The translations under genes were made by a program, and so were the position numbers. This document shows, piece by piece, positions 48,841-59,278 of a stretch of DNA of 64,000 bases (position 1 is the stretch's first letter; every line of letters starts with the position of its first letter). The DNA lies in the IMG/VR virus record IMGVR_UViG_3300017763_000006, positions 1-64,000 of that record; one strand, given 5' to 3'. The notes under the pieces were generated by a model. That model was not told the DNA's origin, did not search any database, and worked only from the letters and a program-made list of their open reading frames with translations. The DNA is from a virus.

Positions 48841-49172
48841 TGAAGTTAACTTATACAACAGCGAATAATAGAATTAGAGCAGAATTTGATGCAGACACGC
48901 ATCGGGAACTGTTTACTCAAATTTCCAAATTCCAAGAAGTATTTGAGGAAACTAAGTGTGGAAAGTGTGGTTCTGAGAATCTTAGATTCGTAGTAAGAAC
49001 AGTAGACGAAAATGAATATTTTGAACTACGCTGCGCAGACTGTGGGGCAAAGCTAGCCTTTGGATCAATGAAGAAGGGTGGAGGGCTATTTCCCAAGCGT
49101 AAGGACGGGGATAATTGGCTACCAGATGGCGGCTGGCTAAAGTGGAATCCAAAGACAAAGGCTATGGAATAA
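48828..49172 (+). CDS. Zinc-finger protein
   Basis: CGKC...CADC. Confidence 0.7.
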   Translation: MEKLMKLTYTTANNRIRAEFDADTHRELFTQISKFQEVFEETKCGKCGSENLRFVVRTVDENEYFELRCADCGAKLAFGSMKKGGGLFPKRKDGDNWLPDGGWLKWNPKTKAME

Positions 49173-49203
49173 AACCATTCCAGTGAGGGGAAAGTGAATG
49201 GTG

Positions 49204-49233
49204 GGAGGGGCTTAATCGCCCCTCCTTTTTTTT
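49204..49233 (+). terminator. Intrinsic terminator at the convergence of the two operons
   Basis: GGAGGGGC / GCCCCTCC stem + T8; a second hairpin ACCATTC / GAATGGT lies at 49174-49202. Confidence 0.85.
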
Positions 49234-49975
49234 ACAAAAAGTCTACTGTAAAATACAGAGCATATTGTTTCTTTTGACCAATCTGAGTTGGAGAGCAAGA
49301 CAAAGCTACATACCAATCGTGTTGAGTAAATCTACCACTGTCTCCCTTTCCGTAGTCGTCAGCGTTAAGAGCGAGGTCTCCAGTGATATATGTAAGGTAT
49401 GATCCTGTCATATCTGCTGCTTCTCCAGCTAAACCGCTTGGTCCGGGCGAGTTAGTCAATGAAATAGCTTGAGGTTGTGAAGAATATGTTTCTCCGACTA
49501 CTTGCCAAACATTGCTAGTGGGGAAAGCTCTGTGTTGTAACTGTGATGTTGTGTGGGGCTTACGAACTTCGTATAAATATGTAGTAACATCTACAGCATG
49601 ACTAGTAGTAGTTTGTCTATCATATATAATTACTTTTGGTTGTGATGATCTAACGGCAGTTTCATTTGTAAACCTAATATTTAGTGTAGCGTTAGCATTA
49701 CTAAGAGTACTTAAATTTACTGGAGATGAACCATTAATCTCTACAGTCCCCTGAATGCCATCTCCACCAGTGGTGGCATATGCATTATTGTGAAGCTGAA
49801 GGGTTCCATCAGCGCCGTTTTCGTCAACAATCCAAGTTGTTTCTTGGACACTATTAATAGCTATAGGGAAGCCAAAATCGCTCCCAAAAAACCCAATTCC
49901 GCTGCCGTTTTGGTAGTCAATTACCTGTTGGGCATCGCTAGTATTCAAATTTCCTCTAAATGTGATTTCTGGCAT
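49232..49975 (-). CDS. Probable virion structural protein
   Basis: GGAG RBS, beta-rich composition, preceded by the late-type motif. Confidence 0.6.
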   Translation of the reverse strand: MPEITFRGNLNTSDAQQVIDYQNGSGIGFFGSDFGFPIAINSVQETTWIVDENGADGTLQLHNNAYATTGGDGIQGTVEINGSSPVNLSTLSNANATLNIRFTNETAVRSSQPKVIIYDRQTTTSHAVDVTTYLYEVRKPHTTSQLQHRAFPTSNVWQVVGETYSSQPQAISLTNSPGPSGLAGEAADMTGSYLTYITGDLALNADDYGKGDSGRFTQHDWYVALSCSPTQIGQKKQYALYFTVDFL

Positions 49976-50005
49976 GTTTTTTTCTCCGATAGTGAGGGAA
50001 CTATG

Positions 50006-50016
50006 TTATTATACAC
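50006..50016 (-). promoter_or_regulatory. Putative late promoter motif GTGTATAATAA
   Basis: Intergenic; reverse complement of TTATTATACAC. Confidence 0.55.
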
Positions 50017-50022
50017 GAAAAA

Positions 50023-53000
50023 TTAGCTAAATGTAACCGTTATATAGTTGTGCATTTGATACCCCGTTGTTGAGTCTGGATCTTCATGTAGGGCTATTCC
50101 TATGTCATTATGGCAGTAGGAAAATACTTCATAATATCCGGGGTGCTTATAAGTATAAGATTCTGTGACCTCGTTTTGAAGGTTGTCTTGTCCATTATCT
50201 TCCACAGAAATGCTCACACTTCTGGTCCCATATACCCTTCTCTGACCACTAGTGCTGGGTAAAGACACTCTAGTCATAGAACTCCTACGTTGTGGGGGAT
50301 GGTCACACATCGGCCTGCTTTGTACCAAGCCGTTTAAAAATGATATTACAGCTCCATCTCCTTCGGAATCCAAGGTCATTACTACTGGGAAGTTATTAGG
50401 CTCAAAGCCTTCACCAATTTCATCCCAATCGCTGTCTCCATCTACTGGGTGTGTTAATGTTCGTTTCTTAGAAAATGTAGTAGTATTAGTGTCTTTACTT
50501 TTTGCGATGTCAAAACTTACAATACCCCCATCATCATCAACTTCCGTGACTTTTATAAGCACCCCCCTGTCTCCTGCCAATATGTCGTCTACTGTATAGT
50601 CTGTTCCAGCGGTAACAACAATTTTACTTGCTTTATCTACACCGATAACTAGTTTATCCCAAAAATAACCATATCCAGTTAATAACTTACCTCTTCTGTG
50701 AAAACTTGCATTCCAGTAAGCTTCAGGTCTCAACACTGTACTTGAGTATATTTTATCATTTTCTGCTACGCTGTTTCCGTCATTGCCTGAATTATATTTC
50801 CACTTTTTTAATACTGAATCACTATTATCTGGAGTATAATCTACTTTATTTCCATATGTAGGAACTCTGTAATCTATATCTAGTTCGATGGGATGAACAT
50901 TAATTGTGGTGTCTACATATTCTGTACCGTTCCATGTAGGCACTGTTTTTTCTTCTGTAGTAGGATCAGTTGCGTCTGCATTAAAATGTAATGGAGTTGC
51001 GTACTGCGGTAGCCAAGCGGTATCTTCTCTAGGCCAACCATCCCAAACATCTATATGTACAGCTCCAGTTCCAAAAGAATATATACTGTCACTAGCACTG
51101 CCCCAAACCACCGTAGTCCCACTAATCACTCTGCCTCCGGGGTCTGAACTCCAAGCAAACATGGCTCCAAGAATAGTTACTTGTGGGCCTTGTAACCCTC
51201 CACCTCCGTAAAATACTCCTTGAGTACCAAACGTCTGACTCGTATCAACATTGAGGTCAAAGCCTCCTTTTTTGTATAATTTTCTTCTAGCCGCAGTAAG
51301 GCCAACTGCTCCCGCTCCCAAAAAAGGACCATCATCACCAAAAAATACGTATGACCCATTGGGTTTATAAAATGGTGCTTCTTTGGTAACATACGCATCA
51401 TATTTTGGACCGGCATAGCCTGCTGGAGCATCATTGTAAAGATGCCCATATGCCTCCTCTACTGTTCCGGCAATAGTGCTAAAGGAATGTCCACCAAACA
51501 AATCTGTACCCTTGGGGTATCCTGTGTGATTGGCTATATTTGCATAAAAATTTCTTCCTCTTTTCTGAGAATTATTGGTTATAGCGTCAATGATCTCAGT
51601 ATTTTGATCTTTATGTCCGTACAGCTCTCCGGTTAAAAAAGAAAATTGAATTTGATTTTCATTTGAAGGAGTGAGACTTAATCCCGCCGTCTGAGGTGTA
51701 GAGTTGGGAAGTGTTAATAGAGAAAATCGTGCAGTTTGTAAATCTGAAAGACTTCCAATATTAATGGCTTTTAGTACTTTGTCATAGTCATATATTGGCG
51801 ATCCGTCATCTGCTCTTGTTCCTAGTGTAGCAATTTCTGCTGGCAATTGTTCTGTAGGATACGATTTGCCGTCTATTGTGACTTTAGATTTTTTATAACC
51901 TAAAGGAAAAACTGGCCCCCAGAATACAGGTATATCTCTATATTCTATACTATCTAAAGCGACATTTGTTGAGTCGCCTATACCAATAGCCGTGTTAACT
52001 CGACCAACATGAGTTTTCTGAGCATCAGGAGTTCCACCCCAAGCGTGTTCGTGACCATTTAAGTTGCCTCCGGGTATTCCATTTCCCGTTTGATTAAATA
52101 TTGTATCTTGAAAATAACCATTAGCTAAACTTCTAGTCTCCGTCGTCGCTGAATAAATTTTTCTCCATATGAACTCTGGCAATTCAGTTTCTTTTATAAT
52201 GTCTCCATTAAAAGTTCTAAACCAATCGTCCGAGCTTGCTAAAAACTTACCAAACTCCCAGTGGCCCTCCCAAGCTGGAGGTCTTTCTTGAACGACAGAC
52301 TCCCCTAATTTTACTAGAATATTTTCTCCATCTATAGAATGAGCAATAGCAACTTCACCTCTAGTAAAAAGATTAGCAGATCTATTGACAACCCTAATCT
52401 TTTCTACTCTATATTCATTACTCCAAGAGCCATCTTCTTCGTTTGTTGAATGTCCAGTTCTTATAAAGTTGGGACCAAAAGCGTGGGGATTTTTATTTTG
52501 GACTTGAACTGGAGCGGCTAATCCAGTAGTAAAATTAGACATATCATTCTCTCTTTGAGAACCATAAAACTCATCAGGATTTCTATTTTCTAGATTTCCA
52601 GTATCTAAATCGCTAGCAACAATTTCTGCTCCATCTATATCTTCTAATATAGTTACCAAAAACGCTCCACCAGTTTCCCAAACTCCTAAATTATGATTGT
52701 ATATTAACTTTAAAGGAGCGGCAACCATTGAAGAATAATCTTCCTCAGTTATGTTTACATAACCAACATCTGCTGCGTGTTCGTTTGGTGTCTTTGCATT
52801 TTTTTTACTCTGTTTGTGTGCATACCTTGCTCCACTATGTCTGCGTGGGTGAGAGGCAAACAGGGTCGAAGACTTAAAGGCGGGAACTCTATCTTTACGT
52901 TCGTTGTGTCTCTTGTGAAAATATATACGAACTGATTTCTCAGTTCCAAGTTTACTTTCACCACCAATATTAGCATAGATACAACCATACGTACTATTCT

Positions 53001-53382
53001 GTATTTTTCTAATAAGCTTTTCATCTCCTGTTACATCGTCTCTTCTCTCTTGATAAGTGCTTTCATTTGTATATTCAATTAGATTCTTTATATCTTGTTC
53101 TGAGATTGTTATAGCAGTAAATGATCCATCTGTTTGTGCTAAGTCGTATTTCCATGTGGGAGTTGTTCCTATGAGGTCAGTTATCATGCCCCATATATTA
53201 CTATATAGAGTAAAGTCAATAGCGTATTGTCCTTCCTCATTTTTCGCACCCAACTTGATCGGTGCGTTTTTGAATACTTTAAAGTCTTTTTCTGACATAA
53301 CAGCTAGACCATATTTTTGCAACGGGGCTATATAAAAATAATGACCGCTATCTATAGTTGATACTGCATTTCCTTCAAACAT
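50023..53382 (-). CDS. Large probable virion (tail/baseplate) protein
   Basis: 1119 aa, G/T/S/D-rich, in the structural operon. Confidence 0.6.
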   Translation of the reverse strand: MFEGNAVSTIDSGHYFYIAPLQKYGLAVMSEKDFKVFKNAPIKLGAKNEEGQYAIDFTLYSNIWGMITDLIGTTPTWKYDLAQTDGSFTAITISEQDIKNLIEYTNESTYQERRDDVTGDEKLIRKIQNSTYGCIYANIGGESKLGTEKSVRIYFHKRHNERKDRVPAFKSSTLFASHPRRHSGARYAHKQSKKNAKTPNEHAADVGYVNITEEDYSSMVAAPLKLIYNHNLGVWETGGAFLVTILEDIDGAEIVASDLDTGNLENRNPDEFYGSQRENDMSNFTTGLAAPVQVQNKNPHAFGPNFIRTGHSTNEEDGSWSNEYRVEKIRVVNRSANLFTRGEVAIAHSIDGENILVKLGESVVQERPPAWEGHWEFGKFLASSDDWFRTFNGDIIKETELPEFIWRKIYSATTETRSLANGYFQDTIFNQTGNGIPGGNLNGHEHAWGGTPDAQKTHVGRVNTAIGIGDSTNVALDSIEYRDIPVFWGPVFPLGYKKSKVTIDGKSYPTEQLPAEIATLGTRADDGSPIYDYDKVLKAINIGSLSDLQTARFSLLTLPNSTPQTAGLSLTPSNENQIQFSFLTGELYGHKDQNTEIIDAITNNSQKRGRNFYANIANHTGYPKGTDLFGGHSFSTIAGTVEEAYGHLYNDAPAGYAGPKYDAYVTKEAPFYKPNGSYVFFGDDGPFLGAGAVGLTAARRKLYKKGGFDLNVDTSQTFGTQGVFYGGGGLQGPQVTILGAMFAWSSDPGGRVISGTTVVWGSASDSIYSFGTGAVHIDVWDGWPREDTAWLPQYATPLHFNADATDPTTEEKTVPTWNGTEYVDTTINVHPIELDIDYRVPTYGNKVDYTPDNSDSVLKKWKYNSGNDGNSVAENDKIYSSTVLRPEAYWNASFHRRGKLLTGYGYFWDKLVIGVDKASKIVVTAGTDYTVDDILAGDRGVLIKVTEVDDDGGIVSFDIAKSKDTNTTTFSKKRTLTHPVDGDSDWDEIGEGFEPNNFPVVMTLDSEGDGAVISFLNGLVQSRPMCDHPPQRRSSMTRVSLPSTSGQRRVYGTRSVSISVEDNGQDNLQNEVTESYTYKHPGYYEVFSYCHNDIGIALHEDPDSTTGYQMHNYITVTFS

Positions 53383-53391
53383 ATCAATCTC

Positions 53392-56300
53392 CTAATCGTA
53401 ATATGATATTTCGTTGTCGTCGTCAATAGAATCTTTATACAACAAAAGATCTATGGGTTGATCCATACAGGGGAAAATATTGTGCCAAGTAGAAGAAGCT
53501 GGATGAAATACTTCGTCAATGCTAGAAGATATAGAAAGCCAATACTGTTTATAATACTGAAAAGCATTTTCTGATAATACCTTACCAGCATCGCCTGTAG
53601 CCTTAGCGCTCTGAACTGCACCAGTAACGTTCGTCATAGCCTTAGACGCAAAATCTCCATTGTCTGGCTTTTCATTTGCATCTGCTACACTACCTACACT
53701 AGAAGTGGCGTTTCCTTCTTCGTCTACGCTCGTAGTATCTATACTTCCCTTTTGGACATTGACTGTCATGGCAAACTGATTTGGTGGTTGAGCTTCACCT
53801 CTATCTTCTGCTGTCAGTTTACTCCCGTAATCTTTATCTTTTTCTGCTTGAGCTTTTCTTCTAAAGATAGCCTCTTCTTTTTTCATAGTAGTATTATTAC
53901 GTGGGTTAATAATTTGATCTTTAATTAACCTATTTGTTTGATCTTTAATTTTTTGCTTATCCCTACTCATTTTTGTCATTAGGGCTTGTTTTTGTTTTTG
54001 CATTTTCCCAAAAGAAGGAGTGTAGCTATCCATAGTAACAGTCGTTCTGATACCAGTAGTTGAAAAAGAAACATTAATATTTGTTATAGCTGGACCGCCA
54101 GTTGATAAAAACCCTCCAATGCTCATGCCTCGGGGCCAACCAACCATAGTAAAAGAAGCTCTTTCTTGTTCCATGTCAGCTTCCGCAGTCTGCTCAACAG
54201 CCATGAAGCCAGCTTTATTCATATCTGCATATGATCCACCATAGTTCCAAGGGGCTAAACTTTCGTCATGACTATATTCAATTTTACCATCGCCTCCAGT
54301 TTCGTTAAACCAAGGACCATAAGATCTTTCAGTAGACCTTAAAGGAATAGCTGCCATTTCTGGAAACAAAGGTCCGGGCGAGAACATCTTAATTCTTCTA
54401 TCAAGACAAAAACTTAATCCTTCTACAGCCTTCATTAGATTGTTTCTTATCTCTGTAGAAGTAGAATCATCACCGCCCTCTAACTTTATTGCTGATGGGA
54501 TTGTTACTGTGGTGAATCCGGGCATACCCTTAACAACATCTTCTCTAAAAAAGTGTCCAACATTAGAAGCGTTAACCTTCATAGACTCTCCGTTAGTTTC
54601 CGTTCCCTCTTCTGTTAAAACAGCTCTTGGAATAGTTATTAAAGCATAAACATGATAGTAGTTTTGTGGGCCTTGTTGAAGAAGAGCTTTATCTAAATCT
54701 ATATATTTCACGATAACACCCGGAGAGCCTTCATCTTCGCCATCAATTGCGGCTTGAAAACCTCCCTGAAGCACCAGATCTGGTGTTTTTCTTGGGCCAT
54801 AAATTTTAGGCACAATTGGATTTATTACTTGCTCCTCGCCTTCTTCGTCATATATTTTTTTCTTCTCAACTTTTCCCTCAAGGTCTGCTCTACGATAGGC
54901 AGTGCAGCCATATACATTAACCGTTCCTCTTTTAAAAACAGGAGCAACAAACAATCTTTGGTCTAAATCTGCTTTTACGAAAACTGTATGTTTTGTACCA
55001 GCAGGCCAAGCTCCATTGCCTTGTTTAACCGCCTGTTTTCCAGTAATTGGATTATATGAATATTTAAAAGTAGTATCCTTGTCAAAGGAGTCCATACTTA
55101 TAGCGTCCTCATATGGAAGCCTAACATAAGGAGGTACTCTACCATTTTCTTCAAAGAAAGAACGTATGATAGGTGGAGCGTAAGTGCCATATGGAGGATC
55201 ATTACCACCAGCTGGTTCAGGATAATAATTAAACACATATTCACCCACGGCTGCATTGTATCCTATGGTTAAAGCCCCTCTTTGCCTCGCGTCGGAAAAA
55301 CTTACAGTCTTCAAGTGTTCCGTATGCTTTATGTAGTCGTATGTTCCGTCTACGCCAAGATTTAAGGCGGGTATGCTATGATCATTGTTTCTGGGAGGAA
55401 AGCCGTAAAAATATTTTTTAGACCCATAATTAAGATTTGGTTTTTGAGGTATTTTAATTAAGAATTTTTTCCCTAAACATTCATCTGCTACAGCTTTTAC
55501 AAAAGCGAAAACTTTTTTTGCATTATCTAAACCCTTTTTTGTCATATATGCTGAAACTGCATCTTCAAAGTTTTTATTTGCATCATTACTTGCTCCTCCC
55601 TTTGGAGAATTAGCTTTAGGTTTTGCTTGTCTTAATTGTTCATTAGCTGCAACACCCTTTGCATCTACAACTTTAGGGTTTTTATTACTACCGCCAGTGT
55701 TAGAACCAGTGAATAGACCAATAGCCCCAGCCCTACCCCAATATAGAGGATATCCATAAGGAGGAGAACACCACTGCTCCGTATCCTGTCCATTCTGCCA
55801 ATGAAGATGATCTATCTTACATGGTGGATGGGTACATCGAGGGACGGTACATTCTCTATTACCGATGATCGTTCCGTCTAAGCCAAGAAAATTTAGAATC
55901 GATCCAGTAACACCTTGATTAAAAAAATCTAAATTATCGATGGCTTCACCATCAAAGATAACTTCATGGAAAACCATATTATAGGATTGTAAAAATTCTA
56001 CCCATTTGTCAAAAGATATATCAGCAGCTCTTAGTTCCATTTCTGTAGTAACATAAAATTCACCAACCCCCATAGCGTTACACGAAGTAGCATCTAAAAT
56101 AATTTGAGTCCACGGGCCACGACCTCTTGGAAAAGTCACGACGTTGCTGTGCAAAAGTCCATAATATGGAATAATTTGTTTTTTTAAATTTCTGTCTATT
56201 TCATGTAGACCATGAGAACCGCCCTTGCGATCTTGTTTACCGTCAAAATAATAATGAGCTACTTCATTTGCTCCAGTTACAAATCTGTCGGTTACTTCAT

Positions 56301-59268
56301 TAGCTAACTCAACTCCAATGTCTTTGCTAGTTACATCAAATGGTAAGTCTGCAATATATGAAGCAGAAACCTTTCCAGATGGATTATTCCTATTAATGGT
56401 AGTAACCTTTATTATGCCATCGATGTCATTGTTGTTGAATATTGAATTCGCATTCGCGCCCCAAGGAGGATATGTCATTGTATTAGAAAAAGGAAGCAAG
56501 TGTACCATAATTTCGTGATTACAAGCATCTGCTAATTCCATACAAAGGTCTAATATACTCATTGTATCATAATTAATCTGATACATAGGATCTGGAATAG
56601 GTATTGCTTGTATGTCTATAGCATATTTTTTATTTCTGAACTTACAAAATCCTCCATATTGTAAGTATTGACTGCTCGGGAAGGCTGAGGTCGGAGTCCA
56701 TTTATGAAATCCGGTTAACATATTTAAGGCTTGAAGAACTCTAAAACAAGGTATTCCTAGTTCTGATCTAAGAGAGTATCCTATTCCTGTAAGTGGTCGA
56801 TCTAAATTAAAAGGACTTGTTTCAAATGTTCCGTCAGCCTTTACAATTTCTTTCGCATCTCCACCATCATCCGGTATGCTCCAGCTATTTTTCGTATAGC
56901 TTGCATTATAGAAATCTGCCAACCGTGCGCCACTAGTTTCATCTGTCAAGTAAATATGTTCTAAAAAACCATATATATTTATAAGATTATCATTACCAAA
57001 TGTAGTTCCAGTATGATTGTTTAATATCAATTGGAAGTTTTGTAGTATTTCTCTAGGATCAACAACAGTAACATTATGCATAGTTCCACCAGTAGCATCT
57101 TGATTAGTATTCCAAGACTGAAGTAGGCCACCAAAGGCAAAATGCGGAGATTGCCCAGTGCTTGTCCAACCGTACAAATCATATATTAATTTATGAAATC
57201 CGTTAACCCCATCATCAGGATAAGTAATGTTGTTGCTGTCTGGACCCCCAATGTGACTCGTATTATGCCCCGTCATAGGTTTTTGCAAGCTTTCGCCAAA
57301 ACAAAAGAATACTGGATCACCAACTTCAATATCTTGGTATTCGCTTGTATCGGTATATCCCGGTACGGAAGTCGAATTTCCTTCCTCATCAAGAGTTGTG
57401 GTGGCGTATTGCTCTTGGCCTATATAACTTGTTCCTGTAACTGTTTGTCTCCGTCCAAATTTATCTACTTTCTTATGAACAGTATTGACTACTGAGTCTT
57501 CTACAAGTGTTACGTTCATGGTCGTAACGCTATCACCGAACCCGCCGTTTAAAGAAAAATCAGCGACAGAAGCGCCTAAAAATACATGTTGCGGTAAGCT
57601 AGGATTAGAAGCGCTGCCATATGAGCCAAACTCTCTTTTTAACTGGGGGGGAAGAGTGGTAGTTGTGGTAGTTGTTATTATCCCGCTAGGTGGCTCACGA
57701 AACAAAGTCGTCTTTTGTTTTTCACCTTGAAATATTTTGTTTTCTTCATGACTATCAAGAAAAGCAGATTTAGCTTCGTTGAATTTTATTTTTTCATCAA
57801 GATAGTAATAGTCGCCATTCTGAAGTTTTACTTCTACATCTTGTTTTCCCTCCTTGGGCATTTCTTCTTCTGGTATCTCGATTGGTAAATAAATTTCTTC
57901 AAATATACCAGACACACCAGAAGGAAAAGATATCGGACTTTCATATCCTTCTTTAACTTTAATACCACGAGAAGTCGGAAGAACAGTATCATAGTTTATG
58001 CTAAGGTCTTGAACAGTTCTTCCTTCTCTTCTAAGCTTAAACCAAATAAGATTTGGTGTTCCAGAGGGATAGGAGGTTGCTGGATCTCCTGTAATAGTTC
58101 CATCTCCATATGAATTGTGTTGACTACCGCCTACTACGGATTTTGCCTCATTATAATGCAGTGGTTGAGGGTCTTGATCTTCTTCTGATTTTTTATAAAA
58201 GTAATCATTAGATACATTAAAGACTTTGACTTTTGGCTGTATGTCATAGTCACCGATTTCAATTTCTTGTGTTACTATCCCACTGTTGGTGTTCCAGCCA
58301 CCAGATGCCTGAATAATCCAATATGTTGAACCATGAAATATATGACTTTTTGGAATATCAATATAAAATTCTTTTTTATTTTCACCGGGACAAAAAACAA
58401 AATCGGATTTATATATAGTTGGTGTTTTTTGATGGAGAGGTTTATCGTTCAGTACACCTACGCCATCCTCTATTAAATTTTTATTGTATATTGTAACATT
58501 TGCTTTAACTATACCCGTTGGTCCAATGTCTACGCCTTCAAGCATAAACGTTGGATTGCTATCTAGAGTAAGTTGAATTTTATAGTCTTCTTTTACCCGC
58601 TCTCCATCGGCTATTCTTTTTGCTGAGTCATGTTTAAAGTATGAGCCACACGAAATATTGACATCTGGTTTATCTATTCCAGAAGCCTGCCTAACATCCA
58701 AATGGCGGCATAAATCTTCATCAGACATCCCCTCCAAATAACCGAACCAAGGAGGCAGGTGAGCTGGTTGTATATCATAATCATAAACAGAGAACGATTG
58801 TAAGAATTGCCCTTGGCAATTATAAGAGCCTATTACCGCGATTTTCCACTTTGTTGTCCCATGAAATTTTATACTTTTTGGAATCTCTAAATTCAATTCT
58901 ACTTTGTTTTCACCGGGACAAAAAACAACTTGACTTACTTGGTATCCACCATTAGATATAAGCCTTGGAGATTCTTGAGTTAAGAGATCTTCTGGTGGAT
59001 CTTCAGCACCAAACCTAGCGCCCTCCACGTTGTCTTCATATATATAAACTTTTGCTAAACATATTCCCTCAGAAGTTGGAATATCATTAAAAAGAAATGA
59101 AGGAGTACTTTGCAACACAATGTTAATTTTGTATTCTTCAGGGGCTTCCGGTGAATTGTGATTATAAGTCGGTTCTAGACCTTCAACGGAGACGTATGGC
59201 AAAGGTTCTATTCCACTTGCTTCTCTAGTGTCTGAATGCCAACATTCGTTGTAATCATCTATATTCAT
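53392..59268 (-). CDS. Very large probable tail/baseplate hub protein
   Basis: 1958 aa; N-terminal tandem beta domains, Thr linker, hub-like patterns (V.LVED; ITNINVSFSTTGIRTT). Confidence 0.6.
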   Translation of the reverse strand: MNIDDYNECWHSDTREASGIEPLPYVSVEGLEPTYNHNSPEAPEEYKINIVLQSTPSFLFNDIPTSEGICLAKVYIYEDNVEGARFGAEDPPEDLLTQESPRLISNGGYQVSQVVFCPGENKVELNLEIPKSIKFHGTTKWKIAVIGSYNCQGQFLQSFSVYDYDIQPAHLPPWFGYLEGMSDEDLCRHLDVRQASGIDKPDVNISCGSYFKHDSAKRIADGERVKEDYKIQLTLDSNPTFMLEGVDIGPTGIVKANVTIYNKNLIEDGVGVLNDKPLHQKTPTIYKSDFVFCPGENKKEFYIDIPKSHIFHGSTYWIIQASGGWNTNSGIVTQEIEIGDYDIQPKVKVFNVSNDYFYKKSEEDQDPQPLHYNEAKSVVGGSQHNSYGDGTITGDPATSYPSGTPNLIWFKLRREGRTVQDLSINYDTVLPTSRGIKVKEGYESPISFPSGVSGIFEEIYLPIEIPEEEMPKEGKQDVEVKLQNGDYYYLDEKIKFNEAKSAFLDSHEENKIFQGEKQKTTLFREPPSGIITTTTTTTLPPQLKREFGSYGSASNPSLPQHVFLGASVADFSLNGGFGDSVTTMNVTLVEDSVVNTVHKKVDKFGRRQTVTGTSYIGQEQYATTTLDEEGNSTSVPGYTDTSEYQDIEVGDPVFFCFGESLQKPMTGHNTSHIGGPDSNNITYPDDGVNGFHKLIYDLYGWTSTGQSPHFAFGGLLQSWNTNQDATGGTMHNVTVVDPREILQNFQLILNNHTGTTFGNDNLINIYGFLEHIYLTDETSGARLADFYNASYTKNSWSIPDDGGDAKEIVKADGTFETSPFNLDRPLTGIGYSLRSELGIPCFRVLQALNMLTGFHKWTPTSAFPSSQYLQYGGFCKFRNKKYAIDIQAIPIPDPMYQINYDTMSILDLCMELADACNHEIMVHLLPFSNTMTYPPWGANANSIFNNNDIDGIIKVTTINRNNPSGKVSASYIADLPFDVTSKDIGVELANEVTDRFVTGANEVAHYYFDGKQDRKGGSHGLHEIDRNLKKQIIPYYGLLHSNVVTFPRGRGPWTQIILDATSCNAMGVGEFYVTTEMELRAADISFDKWVEFLQSYNMVFHEVIFDGEAIDNLDFFNQGVTGSILNFLGLDGTIIGNRECTVPRCTHPPCKIDHLHWQNGQDTEQWCSPPYGYPLYWGRAGAIGLFTGSNTGGSNKNPKVVDAKGVAANEQLRQAKPKANSPKGGASNDANKNFEDAVSAYMTKKGLDNAKKVFAFVKAVADECLGKKFLIKIPQKPNLNYGSKKYFYGFPPRNNDHSIPALNLGVDGTYDYIKHTEHLKTVSFSDARQRGALTIGYNAAVGEYVFNYYPEPAGGNDPPYGTYAPPIIRSFFEENGRVPPYVRLPYEDAISMDSFDKDTTFKYSYNPITGKQAVKQGNGAWPAGTKHTVFVKADLDQRLFVAPVFKRGTVNVYGCTAYRRADLEGKVEKKKIYDEEGEEQVINPIVPKIYGPRKTPDLVLQGGFQAAIDGEDEGSPGVIVKYIDLDKALLQQGPQNYYHVYALITIPRAVLTEEGTETNGESMKVNASNVGHFFREDVVKGMPGFTTVTIPSAIKLEGGDDSTSTEIRNNLMKAVEGLSFCLDRRIKMFSPGPLFPEMAAIPLRSTERSYGPWFNETGGDGKIEYSHDESLAPWNYGGSYADMNKAGFMAVEQTAEADMEQERASFTMVGWPRGMSIGGFLSTGGPAITNINVSFSTTGIRTTVTMDSYTPSFGKMQKQKQALMTKMSRDKQKIKDQTNRLIKDQIINPRNNTTMKKEEAIFRRKAQAEKDKDYGSKLTAEDRGEAQPPNQFAMTVNVQKGSIDTTSVDEEGNATSSVGSVADANEKPDNGDFASKAMTNVTGAVQSAKATGDAGKVLSENAFQYYKQYWLSISSSIDEVFHPASSTWHNIFPCMDQPIDLLLYKDSIDDDNEISYYD

Positions 59269-59278
59269 AATAATTTAC

